Assembly: GCF_036321535.1 (NCBI RefSeq)
Contig: NC_087437.1
Span: forward strand, 76,324,001-76,388,000
From: Camelus dromedarius
Taxonomy: Eukaryota
Length of the DNA: 64,000 nucleotides
Direction: 5' to 3'
Program-made: the position numbers and the translations under genes
In this document: one piece after another, positions 1 through 11,845 of the stretch
Layout of the letters: each line of letters opens with the position of its first letter
Numbering within the stretch: position 1 is the first letter of the stretch
The notes under the pieces: model-generated
The model's database searches: none
What the model was told of the DNA's origin: nothing
Seen by the model: the letters and a program-made list of their open reading frames with translations, nothing else

Positions 1-249
1 CCATTAAACTGTAAATGTGTTGAAGTGAGGGACTTTGCCTTTCTAATCCGTGTTTTTCTTGAACATGGTACGCATTACTAGATTATTCAAGAAAAATACA
101 GATAAAAAAGACTGAAAGTCTCTTGAAGGAATTTTAGTTACCACGGTTTATTTAAATAACACCCATGCCCCCAAAACATGATTCAAATTTTAGTTAATGA
201 AGTATGTTAATAGTAACTAATTACATAAAGTACAGGCTTTGTTGCTCAC

Positions 250-1005
250 TCTTCAGTTCGTAAATCACTTCGTAAATAGGAGAGGCACATAGTGATGAGT
301 GACCAGTCACATTGCTGCTGTCAAAGACTGTTGGTGATTGGTCACTGGACAGCTGTTATTAAGTTTATGTAGTTGTGTTGCCTCCCTGTCTCCCCAGTGA
401 TAAATCCACCTGACATTTTTACAAAAACAGATAATCAAAAGAGGAAATTGGCCGACAAAAATGAACATGCAGCAAAACAACAAAAGCGGTAGCACTGGAA
501 GTGAACTTTGAATCAAGTGTAAAAGAGAGTTATAGAAGAAAGAGCTGACCATGGGAATACTGACACTACTGCTGTTCGAGAGAGTCTAGATGTGCAGCCA
601 GAGAAAAATAATGAAAGTGAACTTGTAGACATCTATGAGGCGCTTGGTTGTGGTGCAAAGAATGACGACGTCCCAGATAAAGTGACGCTAGCAAACAACT
701 TCATACTAGAGGAGCTTCTGGAAATATTTCTTGACATTAAAATGCCAAGTATAAAAGCTGAGCCAAACTTAGAAGCACCGTAGTTCACCAAAGTATAGAA
801 ACAGTGTGTGCTTCATATCATAAGTTAATGCGATGAGAGGACAAGCACCATTCAAATTTTGATTTTTTTTTCACAAAGAAATTAGACACTTTACTTTTCA
901 GTGTTTCAAATTATTGTGCGTTAAGTAAATACTAATTTTACTATTTTTTCATTTCTCTATATGATTATAACTGATAGAGTTTTTAATGTCTTGATAAAAA
1001 TAGGA
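250..1005. mobile_element. Tigger-family (Tigger13-like) DNA transposon remnant
   Basis: Stretch 'aagtgacgctagcaaacaacttcatactagaggagcttctggaaatatttcttgacatt...gccaaacttagaa' resembles Tigger13 consensus as remembered; explains short ORF 592-783; boundaries approximate. Confidence 0.55.
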
Positions 1006-1605
1006 AAATTTCTCACTAGGCTTTTAACTTTTAACAGTGTTAATGCTAATTTTGATTCTGTCACCAGAATTAAGTTAAATAACTTGCATTTTTCTGCATA
1101 TAATGTTAAGAGTGTAAAGCAGAATATATCTTAGTGTGATCTCTAAAATTACACTGAATTTAAAAAACAGCAGCAACAAACATACTAATATTCCCATAAT
1201 AATTATTTAATTAAAAATGTACACCTCCTCATCTCTTTGGTTTATAAAACTACAATATTTTTATAGTTTAAAAATAAATTAATAAAGTAGAAAGGACAAG
1301 AAGCTAAGATGGAAAACATTCAAAGTAAAAATTATTTCTTCACTTTTGAAGACAGAAAATTTTAACTGTGTACACAGCATCACTCTTAAACTTAGGGGAA
1401 AACCCACACAGTTGCTTCTTCTTCCTCCTCTGAAATATTCTCTTTGTGGTCCATGCTCCACCTTCCTGGACTTCTCTGCCTCTTTCCATCTCTTAGAACA
1501 AGACAGAAATTGGAAATCTCTGTGGGGCCCACTGTGTGTCATTCCTTAATTTTCCTCCTCAATGTATCCCCTGCGTGGGAACTTCAGTAAGAAATAGGTC
1601 CTTTG

Positions 1606-1722
1606 TGGGGAGGGTATAGCTCAGTGGTATTGTGTGTGCCTCCTTTAAAAAATTAATATATAAATAAACCTAATAATCCCCCCCCAAAAAAACCCCGCAA
1701 AAAACAAAAGAAAAAAGAAAAA
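1606..1722 (+). mobile_element. tRNA-derived SINE (camelid-type), internally deleted
   Basis: Head GGGGAGGGTATAGCTCAGTGG (A box), tail 'aaataaacctaat', A-rich end; 17-bp TSD AAGAAATAGGTCCTTTG at 1589-1605 and 1723-1739. Confidence 0.85.
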
Positions 1723-3638
1723 AAGAAATAGGTCCTTTGCCTTCATTTGACTCCTTTTACAGTCCAGTTTCTCATCCACTGATACAGGATTAGACAATAC
1801 CATAATATTAGTATATCCAGTCATGTTCATACTTTTTTCCTAAGGCAGTGGAATCTATTTTTCAAAAAAATTCTTAAGTGGAAGTGGAATGTAAGAGTCA
1901 GAGGAAGAATTCAATGGAGGGGCCTGGAGACCCATCTGATTTTGTTTCAGGAGGGACCTCTGGGGCCTCTGCCTGCAAATCTCAGCTGTCAGAGCACAGT
2001 TGCAACATCTCTGGCTCGATTCACTAATTGTTCTTCACCTGCATAAGCAGCGTTTCCTAGCATTTTAAGATTTCTTTTAAAAGTCCATATCTTTCCCTCT
2101 TGAACTAACATTAATAAAGCACATTCAAAAGTGTTTTTTAAACATAGGTTTTACCACCCGGAGGCAGAAAGTTTAATGTCTCTAATTTCTACTTGCATGA
2201 TATGGCAGATACAGTGGATGACACACATTCAGTTTGGGTTTTTTCAAGATCAATGACAAGACAGGCGAGGCCGGTGATTAAAAGGCTAGTCAGAAACCAG
2301 TGTTTCAGCTAGTCGCAGGATTGGAATTTAGGCAATATAGCTGGGGATGAGTGACATTGTGATGTGTTTTTTAAGTAGCCACATCTGGTTTTTCACATAT
2401 CATGAGAATTTCAAATACACACTAATCATAGTTACTTTCCTGTGAGTTGCACCGTAGATAGATAGTGTTTTCTACAGTAAGCTGCCACTTTGTTTTGTTC
2501 TGCTTTCTAGGAGTCTTCTGTTCACAGCAAAGTCATTTAATAGAAAAATTCTCAGTAAAAACCTAGTTACACCACAAAATGATATAAATGTATTTTTTAC
2601 ACCTTGTCTTTAGGAAAACATATACCAAAAGGACAAAGAAAGACAATTTAGTAATAGTTTACACAGCAGAGTCTTCCCAGAGAAGCAGTTTTGGAACCTG
2701 GGAATAGGGTGGATATTTATTTCTTTTTACCTGTGATTAAAACAACAAAATGCACTTCAGAAGTTATTGAATACATTGAGTATTCTCTTAGACTCCTAAA
2801 TTTAAAATCTTTTGCTGTGGTTTTTTTGTTTTCTTACTAGCAAAGCTGTTTTAGACCAATTGACTCTATTGATCTCCAACTCAGATTATTCTCAAGCACC
2901 AGCTTTGAATTTTATTATGTAACAACCACCCTCTTCTCCTGCTTCCAACACACTTACAGCTTTAATCAATATAAAGAATATTTAACCATATTTGCTAGGA
3001 ATAGGTAGGTAATGTTGTGAAAGTACAATGGCTTGAGAACACTAAACTTTTGGGGAGGAGAAATAAAGCACAGTGCCGGGTTTTCTAGACTTTCTTTGAC
3101 CATATACTCTCCAATACCAACATTTTTGAATGCAGCTTCAATATATGTTTATTTATGTATTTATACAGTACATAAATAAATGAGTGTATTTAATGTATTA
3201 TAAAGAACATTCAAAAATAGACTTAAAACAAATAAAATACTTAAATATAATTTATTTTATTTTACTTTTGATGGTATGTCAGTATGTTTAATAAGAGCAC
3301 TATTACTAAATATGATTTATTACTTTTGAAAAAATTTTAGCACTTATTTATGTAGCAAACCAAAATTCTGCTTTTATATTTAATCTTAATCCTGTCTTCC
3401 TGGGGGAAAAAAACTTTCAAGAATATGGAGATTGAAATGAAAGAAATATATCATTGGCTAAAAAAATTTTAATTTTGAAATTAATTTTTCAACTCTATCC
3501 TCTAGTTTTGCAAAGTTTCAGCTGAAGCTTATATGGTATGTTACCTTCTTCCTTCATGATAACCAATACTTCTTTACAAATTAATATGAAGATTTTATAC
3601 TTTTAATATTGGGCCCCAAGCTCACCAAAAGTCTTTTT

Positions 3639-3759
3639 ATTTTATTTTATTTTATTGTTTTGGTTTTTAAAATTTTTTTAACTTTTTTTTATTGAGTTAT
3701 AGTCATTTTACAATGTGTCAAATTCCAGTATAGAGCACAATTTTTCAGTTATACATAAA
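3639..3759 (-). mobile_element. Very short 5'-truncated L1 3' end
   Basis: T-rich tail plus 'ttatagtcattttacaatgtgtcaaattccagt...' nearly identical to the L1 end at 11050-11110; TSD CAAAAGTCTTTTT at 3626-3638 and 3760-3772. Confidence 0.8.
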
Positions 3760-4127
3760 CAAAAGTCTTTTTAAATTGGATGAAAAACTTTGTTTTCAAG
3801 TTTTTGATTGTATATCTATGATGACATCACTTTTCCAACAATAAAATAATAGAAACATGTCTAAACACACATTTTCAAAATCCATTCTCTATATCATAAT
3901 TACCTTTTGAAAAGCAATGATTATTTCACTCATTATCAAAGTGCTAGTTTTTCCTCAAAAGGAAAGATAAAGTTAATGTATTTTTAAAAAATCTGTTAGC
4001 ATGCTATTCATAGCAGTTTTTCATTATAGAAAAGGTCAATAAATTAGGAACACTTTTCAGTTGTAAAAGAACAATGTGTAACATGCCCTTAAATTTAAGA
4101 ACTCAAGCGCTCATGAACCTCTATTTT

Positions 4128-4316
4128 CAGTGGCTCTCAACTGTGGGCTACCTGTTAGAATCACTTGGAACATTAAAAAACAAAAAACAATAAAATGTTC
4201 TCAGATTTCACCCCTGGAGATTCTGATTTAATTGCTGTGGGGTGGGACTCAGATGGTAGTATTTTTCAAAAACAACCTAAGTCATTCTCACAGGCAGTCA
4301 AGATAAAGAGCCACTG
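4128..4316. mobile_element. MER5-type hAT-Charlie MITE
   Basis: Terminal inverted repeats CAGTGGCTCT...AGAGCCACTG; internal 'ttagaatcac' and 'gagattctgatttaattg'. Confidence 0.75.
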
Positions 4317-4589
4317 TTAGATGTAGGACAGAGATTTCATTGGATACTCTCTATATCATTACAAAGTTCTGTTTATGCTCTATTTAAGCTAATGAAATCC
4401 ATAAATTCGCTTAACTGGGCACAGGTCAAGAGTAGTATGTCCTAGTATCCAGGAGGAGAAAGACTATGATGGCCATGTCTAATCCTCTGTTTGGTAAAAC
4501 TCTCACTCTTCCCTCTAGTTGTTGTTTTAAAATTTAAACTTAAAACTTAATTGCTTAAATTAAAAAGTTTAATCAAACATTTTTAATTA

Positions 4590-4980
4590 AAAAATTTTAA
4601 GCACATAATATAAAATTTACTGTCTTAATCTTTTTTATTTTTATTTTCTTTATTGAAGTATAGTTGACTTACAGTGTTTTGTTAGTGTTTGGTGTACAAC
4701 ATAGTAATTCAGTTATATATGTATATATCTTCTTCTCCTGTCTTAATCATTTTTGAGTATACAGTTCAGTGGTGTTGACTAGACTTGCAGTGTTGCATAA
4801 CAAATCTCTAGAACTTTTCCATTTTGCAAAACTGAAACTCTATACCCATCAAACAACAGCTCCACATTTCTCCCTTCCCCAAGCCTCTGGCAATCACCAT
4901 TCTGCTTTCTGTTTCCATGACTTTGACTACTCTGGGTAGCTTATGTAAGTGGAATCATACAGTATATGTCCTTTTGTGAC
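4590..4980 (-). mobile_element. Old L1 3' end with a nested short younger L1 3' end (4631-4737)
   Basis: L1 3'UTR motifs (aactgaaactctatacccatcaaac; gtggaatcatacagtat); nested insert flanked by CTGTCTTAATC at 4620-4630 and 4738-4748. Confidence 0.7.
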
Positions 4981-5154
4981 CCTCTAGCTATCTTACTGTT
5001 ACCCCTTGTGTACCTTGTATGTCATGTGGCCATCTCACAGAGGGAGGGATGGAAGAAGACAGCCATATCTCTACACTATGTCACATATTGATTAAGATTG
5101 TTTTTCTTATTACAAATGAAAGTTCTAACATTTTCTTTCTTTAGCCCCACAGCT

Positions 5155-5750
5155 AGTCATAAAACTCACTGTCAATGCCCTCCAGCCAGAGACCACCGAG
5201 AACATATTTATAGTTGAACAAGTTGGATTTATACCTCATTGCAGCAAGGGAGAACACACACCATGGGAACAGTGGTGCATTTCATAAGAGGATGTTAAAA
5301 AAGACTTGTAGGATTTGGGTGATTTTGAGAAAGGTCTAAGGAAACAAAATCACTCTAGATTGGTGCTATTAGGAAGTGAGACAATTCTTTGAGTATCTCA
5401 ATGTATCTTATCCATAGAGAGGCAAGGATAAAGCTATAGTTGGTAAAGAAGCAGCAGAAACTCGTATAAGTCAGGAGAAGGGGATATTTGGTGTTTTTTG
5501 TTTTTCACAGTGAACATACTTTGATCTGTGCTTAGACAAAATTATGAAATGGCCTTGTTTTGTCTCACTCTGTCATAGTCTCAGAGTGGCCTTGTCTGAT
5601 GTTGATATTCTGTGAGGTTATTTTTGTGCAACAGGAGGAAAGCATGGCCCAGCTGTTGAGGTCAGTCTCCAGTTTGTGATAACTCTGAGACCTGGCTGGG
5701 AGTCTCAGACCAGTTCCGGGATTTCAGGAGCCACTATTTTCCTCTTCACC
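5155..5750 (-). mobile_element. Old solo ERV LTR, family unresolved
   Basis: 'aacaagttggatttatacctcattgcagcaagggagaacacacaccatggg' resembles ancient eutherian LTRs; boundaries approximate. Confidence 0.5.
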
Positions 5751-5769
5751 ACATTTGGAGATATGTAGG

Positions 5770-5940
5770 TTTGGAATCAGGAAACCTGTGATTTAACCTC
5801 ATTTTCACCACTTACCAGCAGTCTGATCATGGGCAAGTATCTTACTCTCTGTCATTTCAGTTTCCTACCTGGTACTTACCTCAGAGGAAGATGGTGAGCA
5901 TTAAACGAGATAGAGCATCTAGAAGGCTGAGCAGATTAGT
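5770..5940 (+). mobile_element. MIR SINE
   Basis: MIR core-like 'ccacttaccagcagtctgatcatgggcaagt...cagtttcct'. Confidence 0.6.
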
Positions 5941-6004
5941 TCTTATAGAGTGGGAACTCATGTTAGCAATAATAGCCTCTTTATAGCTCATGTGGGAGAT
6001 TCTT

Positions 6005-6350
6005 TTATTCATTTAAGAAGCACTTACTGGGTGATTACCATGTATGAGTCACTGTGCTAGAAAACAGTGCTGAGTGAACAAGACACATGAGGCCTCTGCC
6101 CTCACAGAGCTGACCGTCTAGCATGGGTTTCAGACAATTAAATAGGAAACTTAATAGAGGGTGAAAGGTTCTCTGAAGGGAGACTGCAGGGGTTCCTAAC
6201 ATAGCGCAGCAGGGCTGGGAAACTGTCTCTTGGAGAAAGTGAGGTTTAAGCTGATACCTGATAGATGCATGGGAGTTATCTGGGGAGGAGTGATCCTGGA
6301 AGAAGGAACAGCAAAAGCTGAAACAGAAGAGTGAGACAGAACATAGTTCG
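6005..6350 (-). mobile_element. L2 3' fragment
   Basis: 'attcattt...cacttactgggtgattaccatgt...ctgccctcacagagctgaccgtctag' typical antisense L2 end. Confidence 0.6.
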
Positions 6351-7329
6351 CCCTATTTGGTGGAAAGCAAATAAACAAATAAAAAACAACAAGACCAGAA
6401 AGGAAAAAAAATTCTCACTCTTTCAGTGCACGCCATATAAAACAATTTCTTTCCAAATCTTCTGTACAATTTTATATGCCACTGCAATTAATTATCACTC
6501 AATTAATTAATGATGATACAATGCTTTGAAAATACAAAATGCAGCACATTTGCTAACAAATTGATGATTAGCATGATTGCTATTTTGATATAGCCTCTGT
6601 TTACTCTCTGCACTTGGACTTCCAACTGTCTGCTTGCCTGTGTGCACCAAAGACAGCTGCTTCACAATAGGCTGGGCCTGGTGGCTATTTTTGGCTTTTC
6701 TTTCTGTGGATTGTGAATGAACCTAGGAATGACTAATTGTAGAAATGGAAAAAGTGACTGAATGACTTCCAGTGTCCTTTTCTAATAAGTCATTCTGCAA
6801 AGTTTATTGCTCTTCCAGTTTCTGATACACTGAAATCTGGCTGAAAGTATTGGGAGTCTGTGCTGTGGGGGTACCTGGTAAAGCAAGTGTACCAAGGGCT
6901 ATTTTTGATTATTTAAGTATGTAAATTTCCTTGATTGGTGTCCACCAAATAAACAATTTCTTGTGGCTTCTGCTTATACCTCTACTACTGCAGTTTCCAG
7001 AGAAATAATAACTAAATGGAATTTTAGCAGCTTGTATCTTTTCCCTTGATAAAAAAGATTTCAGTGTTATCATCTTCTGCCATTAAAAAAATCCCCCAAA
7101 ATAAAACCCAGCTCTAATAAATTTTGATTAAGTGAAGATCTGAAAGCACTGAGTTTATAATTAAACACTATCAAAGTGGTTTTTTTTTTATTTATTGCTG
7201 CAACAAATAACCGGATATGGGTGACAGCATCCTCTCGATAAAAATCACATTGACTAGTAGACATATTTCCATCAAAATGTTGGCTTTAACCCAGTTTGAA
7301 GGAAGATTCTGGTGAAATGTCCATCTCCT

Positions 7330-7866
7330 TGTTAGGTAGTTAGATAGGTGGGGACACCGGGCAGATAGGTGGCAGAGTGGGAGGATGGTCTGGAAGATGA
7401 CATTATGCCCACCTCCACCATAAAGGAACTTCACTTCTTCTAACCGAGTGCCAGCAAGAAACTGGTTAAAACCTGACAGTCACAACTGCGGTAGTAGAAA
7501 GGACTTAACTGGACACGATCCAATACTCATTGTATTATAATTAACATTACAATTTAGAACCCCCTGTAAGTTTTTCTGTATACACCATGGGTAAGGACAT
7601 GTGCAAAGGGGCCAAACATGACTAAGCATTCCAGAAACAAGAGCTGTCAATCAATCAAAAAACCACCTCTAAGCCAGCTTATAAGACAAATGGGAGATAA
7701 AAACTGTAGCTTTTCCTCCCTTGGATCAGCCTGCCTCCCGTTCTTGGGGGTGTACTTTTCCTTTTTAAAAATAAATCTTTTGCTATACAACGCACTGTCT
7801 CCCAACTGTAAACTTGTCTTTCAGGTAAGACAAGAATGGGGTCTTTATTTACCTTTTGGGGTAACA
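7330..7866 (+). mobile_element. Solo ERV1-type LTR
   Basis: TGTTA...TAACA termini, 4-bp TSD TCCT (7326-7329 and 7867-7870), TATAA-like box near 7680, AATAAA near 7770. Confidence 0.8.
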
Positions 7867-8465
7867 TCCTTAGTTTGTAGAGAGCACTCCTCAGTTGTCC
7901 TGAGTCTCCAGTGACTTGTACACTTGGTTGGTTGCCTAGATAAGCTGATGGGAATTAGGCTTGGAGAGGCTGCATTAACAGACCTGGGCCTGTTGTTAAA
8001 ACAGGATAGAAGTGGTTGAGGACATATTTTTGTGGCATATGTTGAATGCGTACAGCTCTTTTGGCCTAAAGTATGATCCCTGCCATCAAGAGGTTATGTC
8101 TGGTAGGGGAGAAAAGACACAGTTACAAGTATATTTACATTAAATTTAGTAGATAGTGGCAAGTGCAGTAGGAGATGACAAATCCATGCTGAAAAGAGAA
8201 CAGGGAAGGGAGAGATTACGCTCAGCTGGGAATTTTCGTGTTGGAGATGCTTTTCCTTGAACAACAGGAATTATCTGAAACAGCAGAGGTGGAATCATGG
8301 GTGGGAGAAAGGAGTGCATACCAGGACTTGGCAATGGCAATCATAAGAACACGGAGGAAAGATGGCAATTGATGTCAGTCCTGTCTTTTCTATTAGGAAA
8401 GGGTGACCCAATGTCCCAGTTTTGTTGGGATAGTCCCAGTTTATGCCTTCTACCCCTGGTCTCTT

Positions 8466-8947
8466 TGATAAGCTGAATAGTATCCCACAAAGATGTTTAT
8501 GTCCCAATTTTCAGAACCCATGAGTTTGTTACCTTACATGGTAAACGGTACTTCAAAGCTGTAAATTACATTAGGGATCTTGAGATGGAGAGGTTATCTT
8601 GGATTAGCTGGATGGGCCCAGTGCAATCACAAGAGTGCTTTTGGAAGGGAGGCAAAAGGATTAGAGTTAGTAGCAGGAGATGTGGTGATGAAGCATGATG
8701 TTGGAGGGATGAAAGAAGGGGCCATAAACCAAGGAATGCAGGCAGCTTCTAGAAGCCGAAAAGACAAGGAAATGGATCCCACCCTTGGGGCATCTACAAA
8801 AAGCCAGCCCTGCCAGCATCTTGAATTTAACCCAGTGAGACCAATGTGAAACTTCTGACCTCTGGAACTGTAAGATAATAAATTTATATTGTTTTAAGTC
8901 ACAGAGCTTGTAGTAATTTGCTACAGTAGCAATAGAAAACTAATACA
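8466..8947 (+). mobile_element. MLT1D-like MaLR LTR, inserted in a MER94-like hAT element (about 8400-8990)
   Basis: Matches remembered MLT1D consensus (gttaccttacatgg...acttctgacctc...aaactaataca); left flank 'agggtgacc..tgtcccagttt'. Confidence 0.8.
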
Positions 8948-10996
8948 GTAACTATATTGAACCCCTGATTTGGTGATAAATTATACCCTTATTCTATGCC
9001 TAGGCCACAGCAATTTATAAATCCATGATTCTGTCAAAAGTAACTTGAGGAAGTAAAATTTAGGTCCATCTATTCTGATCATCAGGGATTAAACCTTGGA
9101 GGTCTGAAAGAGGATAGTCTCTCAGAGTGTGGGGGATGGGTGGTTACATGTATATGCACATAGCGGGAGTTACCAACTAAGCAGATTAAATGGGGTGAGG
9201 ATCCAGAGGGTGCAAATAGGGAGATGGGTGTTACACTGAATCCTTTTCTTCAGCGGCCTCGTGTATTCACATTTCCCTGGGATCTTGATGGAAGGTTTAG
9301 CTTGGCTTCAGTAATGTCTTCTTGTTCTGTTTGCTGGACCCAAACATAGAGAAGAAATAGAAGTCATGGTGCAGCATTTTCAGGACCATATTTATGGAAC
9401 AGTTGGGAGTATTCCCAACTGTCTGGGAGCCTTTTAGATTCACGGACACTCTTAAGACGTTCACTTCCTGAAACTATATAGAAAGGATATTTTCTTCTAG
9501 GTAAATATCTTAATTGTATCTATTATCTATTTTAAAATAAATGCAGTAACTTCTAATACCATGGTTTCTTCAATCAAAAAGTCTCCAACTATTTTAGTCA
9601 GAGAAAACCTCTCGCAGCTTATTTCTGTAACATCTGTATTGCTTGAGGGATTAAATCTCTAGTCAGTTGTTTTTTACTTATAAAATGTTTTGATTCTTCA
9701 AGAATTTCCCATAAATTTCTGAAGGATTCTTTGTAGGAGAATTAATTTAAGATGGCAACTCATTCATATATGTACAATAATGGTATCTTGGCCCAGTTTA
9801 TGATATTATAGAGAAATTCATTTCAGTAGTGACTAAGTAAAGCAGTAAAATAATTCTATCTTTGTGACGTTGTAAAAACCATCTATTTCTGTCTCATTAT
9901 TTCTTGAGCTTTTAGATTTGTTCAAATGCTTATATAAATGAGCAATTAAATTATATACTACTTTTAGTTTTCTGACAGGTATTAAAAGATTTATTTTTAT
10001 ATTTTGAGACCTTATAATGTGAGTCCTAGGAAAAAGTTATCACTTGGACTTAATAGATTGACTATTTTTATCCTTTGTATTGACAGAATATTATTTTATA
10101 TTATAATTATTCTAAATAAGGCTATGTGCTTATTTAACTTTTCACAACAGAGTATATGTGGTTGTATTCTAAATTTTAGACATTATTTATTAATTAAAAC
10201 AACTGTAGGGAAAAGTCAATAGAAGAAACAGACAGCTATACAGAAGCAAAATAAAAATTAGCTTATGAAACAATGATTAGCATAAATTAAAGTGAAAATT
10301 CTAGTGAAAACTTTATTTGTGAGCAAACTCTCATATAAAGTAAATAATTAAAGAAGTATAATTTATAAAAGAAAAAATTTCTGTCATGGATTAATGTGTT
10401 ATTCTTAGTAAAATCTTTCTTTAAAAATTTCCAAGACTTTAGAAAAAAAACATTAGATCTAAGAATCTGTGAAAATAATATGATAAAATAATGCTAGGTA
10501 GTAGTTGGAAAAGAACAAGTCAAAAAAGGAGAGAAACAATGCTAAAAACAAATGTATGTGCATCAAGATTAATAAAGCATATGTAAATGCAATGACATAT
10601 AAAAATGAGTTTGGATGGTAAAACCTCACATAGTCAGTAATAAGTAGACTGAAAAAGTCAATTCTAATTCCTGGGTAAACAGAAACTCAGTCCCACAGGA
10701 CTATCTTCTTATGTTAAACATTTTCATCCTTGACTGTATTAGTGATTTGTTAAGATAAACAGTTTATCAAAAGAAACAAAGAGCGATAATTAAACCAAAA
10801 CAACATAGTATGTTCTAATCCATGTTTTCTGCAATATCCTGAAATCCCTTCCAAAACTAAGGATTCATGGTTGCTACACAGGATACTCTTATCACAGATA
10901 AGGTGATCTTGTCAAATGATCCCCAGTGAACATCTGCTTCTTAATGAAGACAAATGTTCCAGTCTGTCTACAGAGCTGAATTATTTTGGAATTTTA

Positions 10997-11845
10997 TTTT
11001 ACTTTATTTTATTTTATTATTTATTTATTTATTTATTTATTTTTATTAAGTTATAGTCAGTTTACAATGTGTCGATTTCCAGTGTAGAACACAATTTTTC
11101 AGTTATACATGAACATACATATATTCATTGTCACACTCTTTTTCACTGTGAGCTACCACAAGATCTTGTATATATTTCCCTATGCTATACAGTATAATCT
11201 TGTTTATCTGTTCTACATATGCCTGTCAGTATCTACAAATTTCGAACTCCCAGTCTGTCCCTTCCCACCCCTCTCCCCCTGGCAACCACATGTTTGTATT
11301 CTATGTTTATGAGTCTGTTTCTGTTTTGTATTTATGTTCCTTTTTTTTTTTTAGATTCCACGTATGAGCGATCTCATATGGTATTTTTCTTTCTCTTTCT
11401 GGCTTACTGCACTTAGAATGACATTCTCCAGGAACATCCATGTTGCTGCAAATGGCGTTATGTTGTTGGTTTTTATGGCTGAATAGTATTCCATTGTGTA
11501 AATATACCACATCTTCTTTATCCAGTCATCTGTTGATGGACATTTAGGCTGTTTTCATGTCTTGGCTATTGTAAATAGTGCTGCTATGAACATTGGGGTG
11601 CAGGTGTCTTTTTGAAGTAGGGTTCCTTCTGGATATATGCCCAGGAGCGGCATTCCTGGGTCATATGGTAAGTCTATTTTTAATCTTTTGAGGAATCTCC
11701 AAAGTGTTTTCCACAGTGACTGCACCAAACTGCATTCCCACCAGCAGCGTAGGAGGGTTCCCTTTTCTCCACAGCCTCTCAAGCTTTTGTCATTTGTGGA
11801 CTTTTGAATGATGGCCATTCTGGCGGGCATGAGGTGATACCTCAT
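10997..11845 (-). mobile_element. 5'-truncated relatively young L1 (ORF2 C-terminus + 3'UTR)
   Basis: ORF 11555-11845 encodes L1 ORF2 C-terminal motifs (MRYHL..ARMAII; CWWEC; DLPYDP; DTCTPMFIAALFTIAK); T-rich tail; TSD TTAT[T/C]TTGGAATTTTA at 10981-10996 and 11846-11861. Confidence 0.92.
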
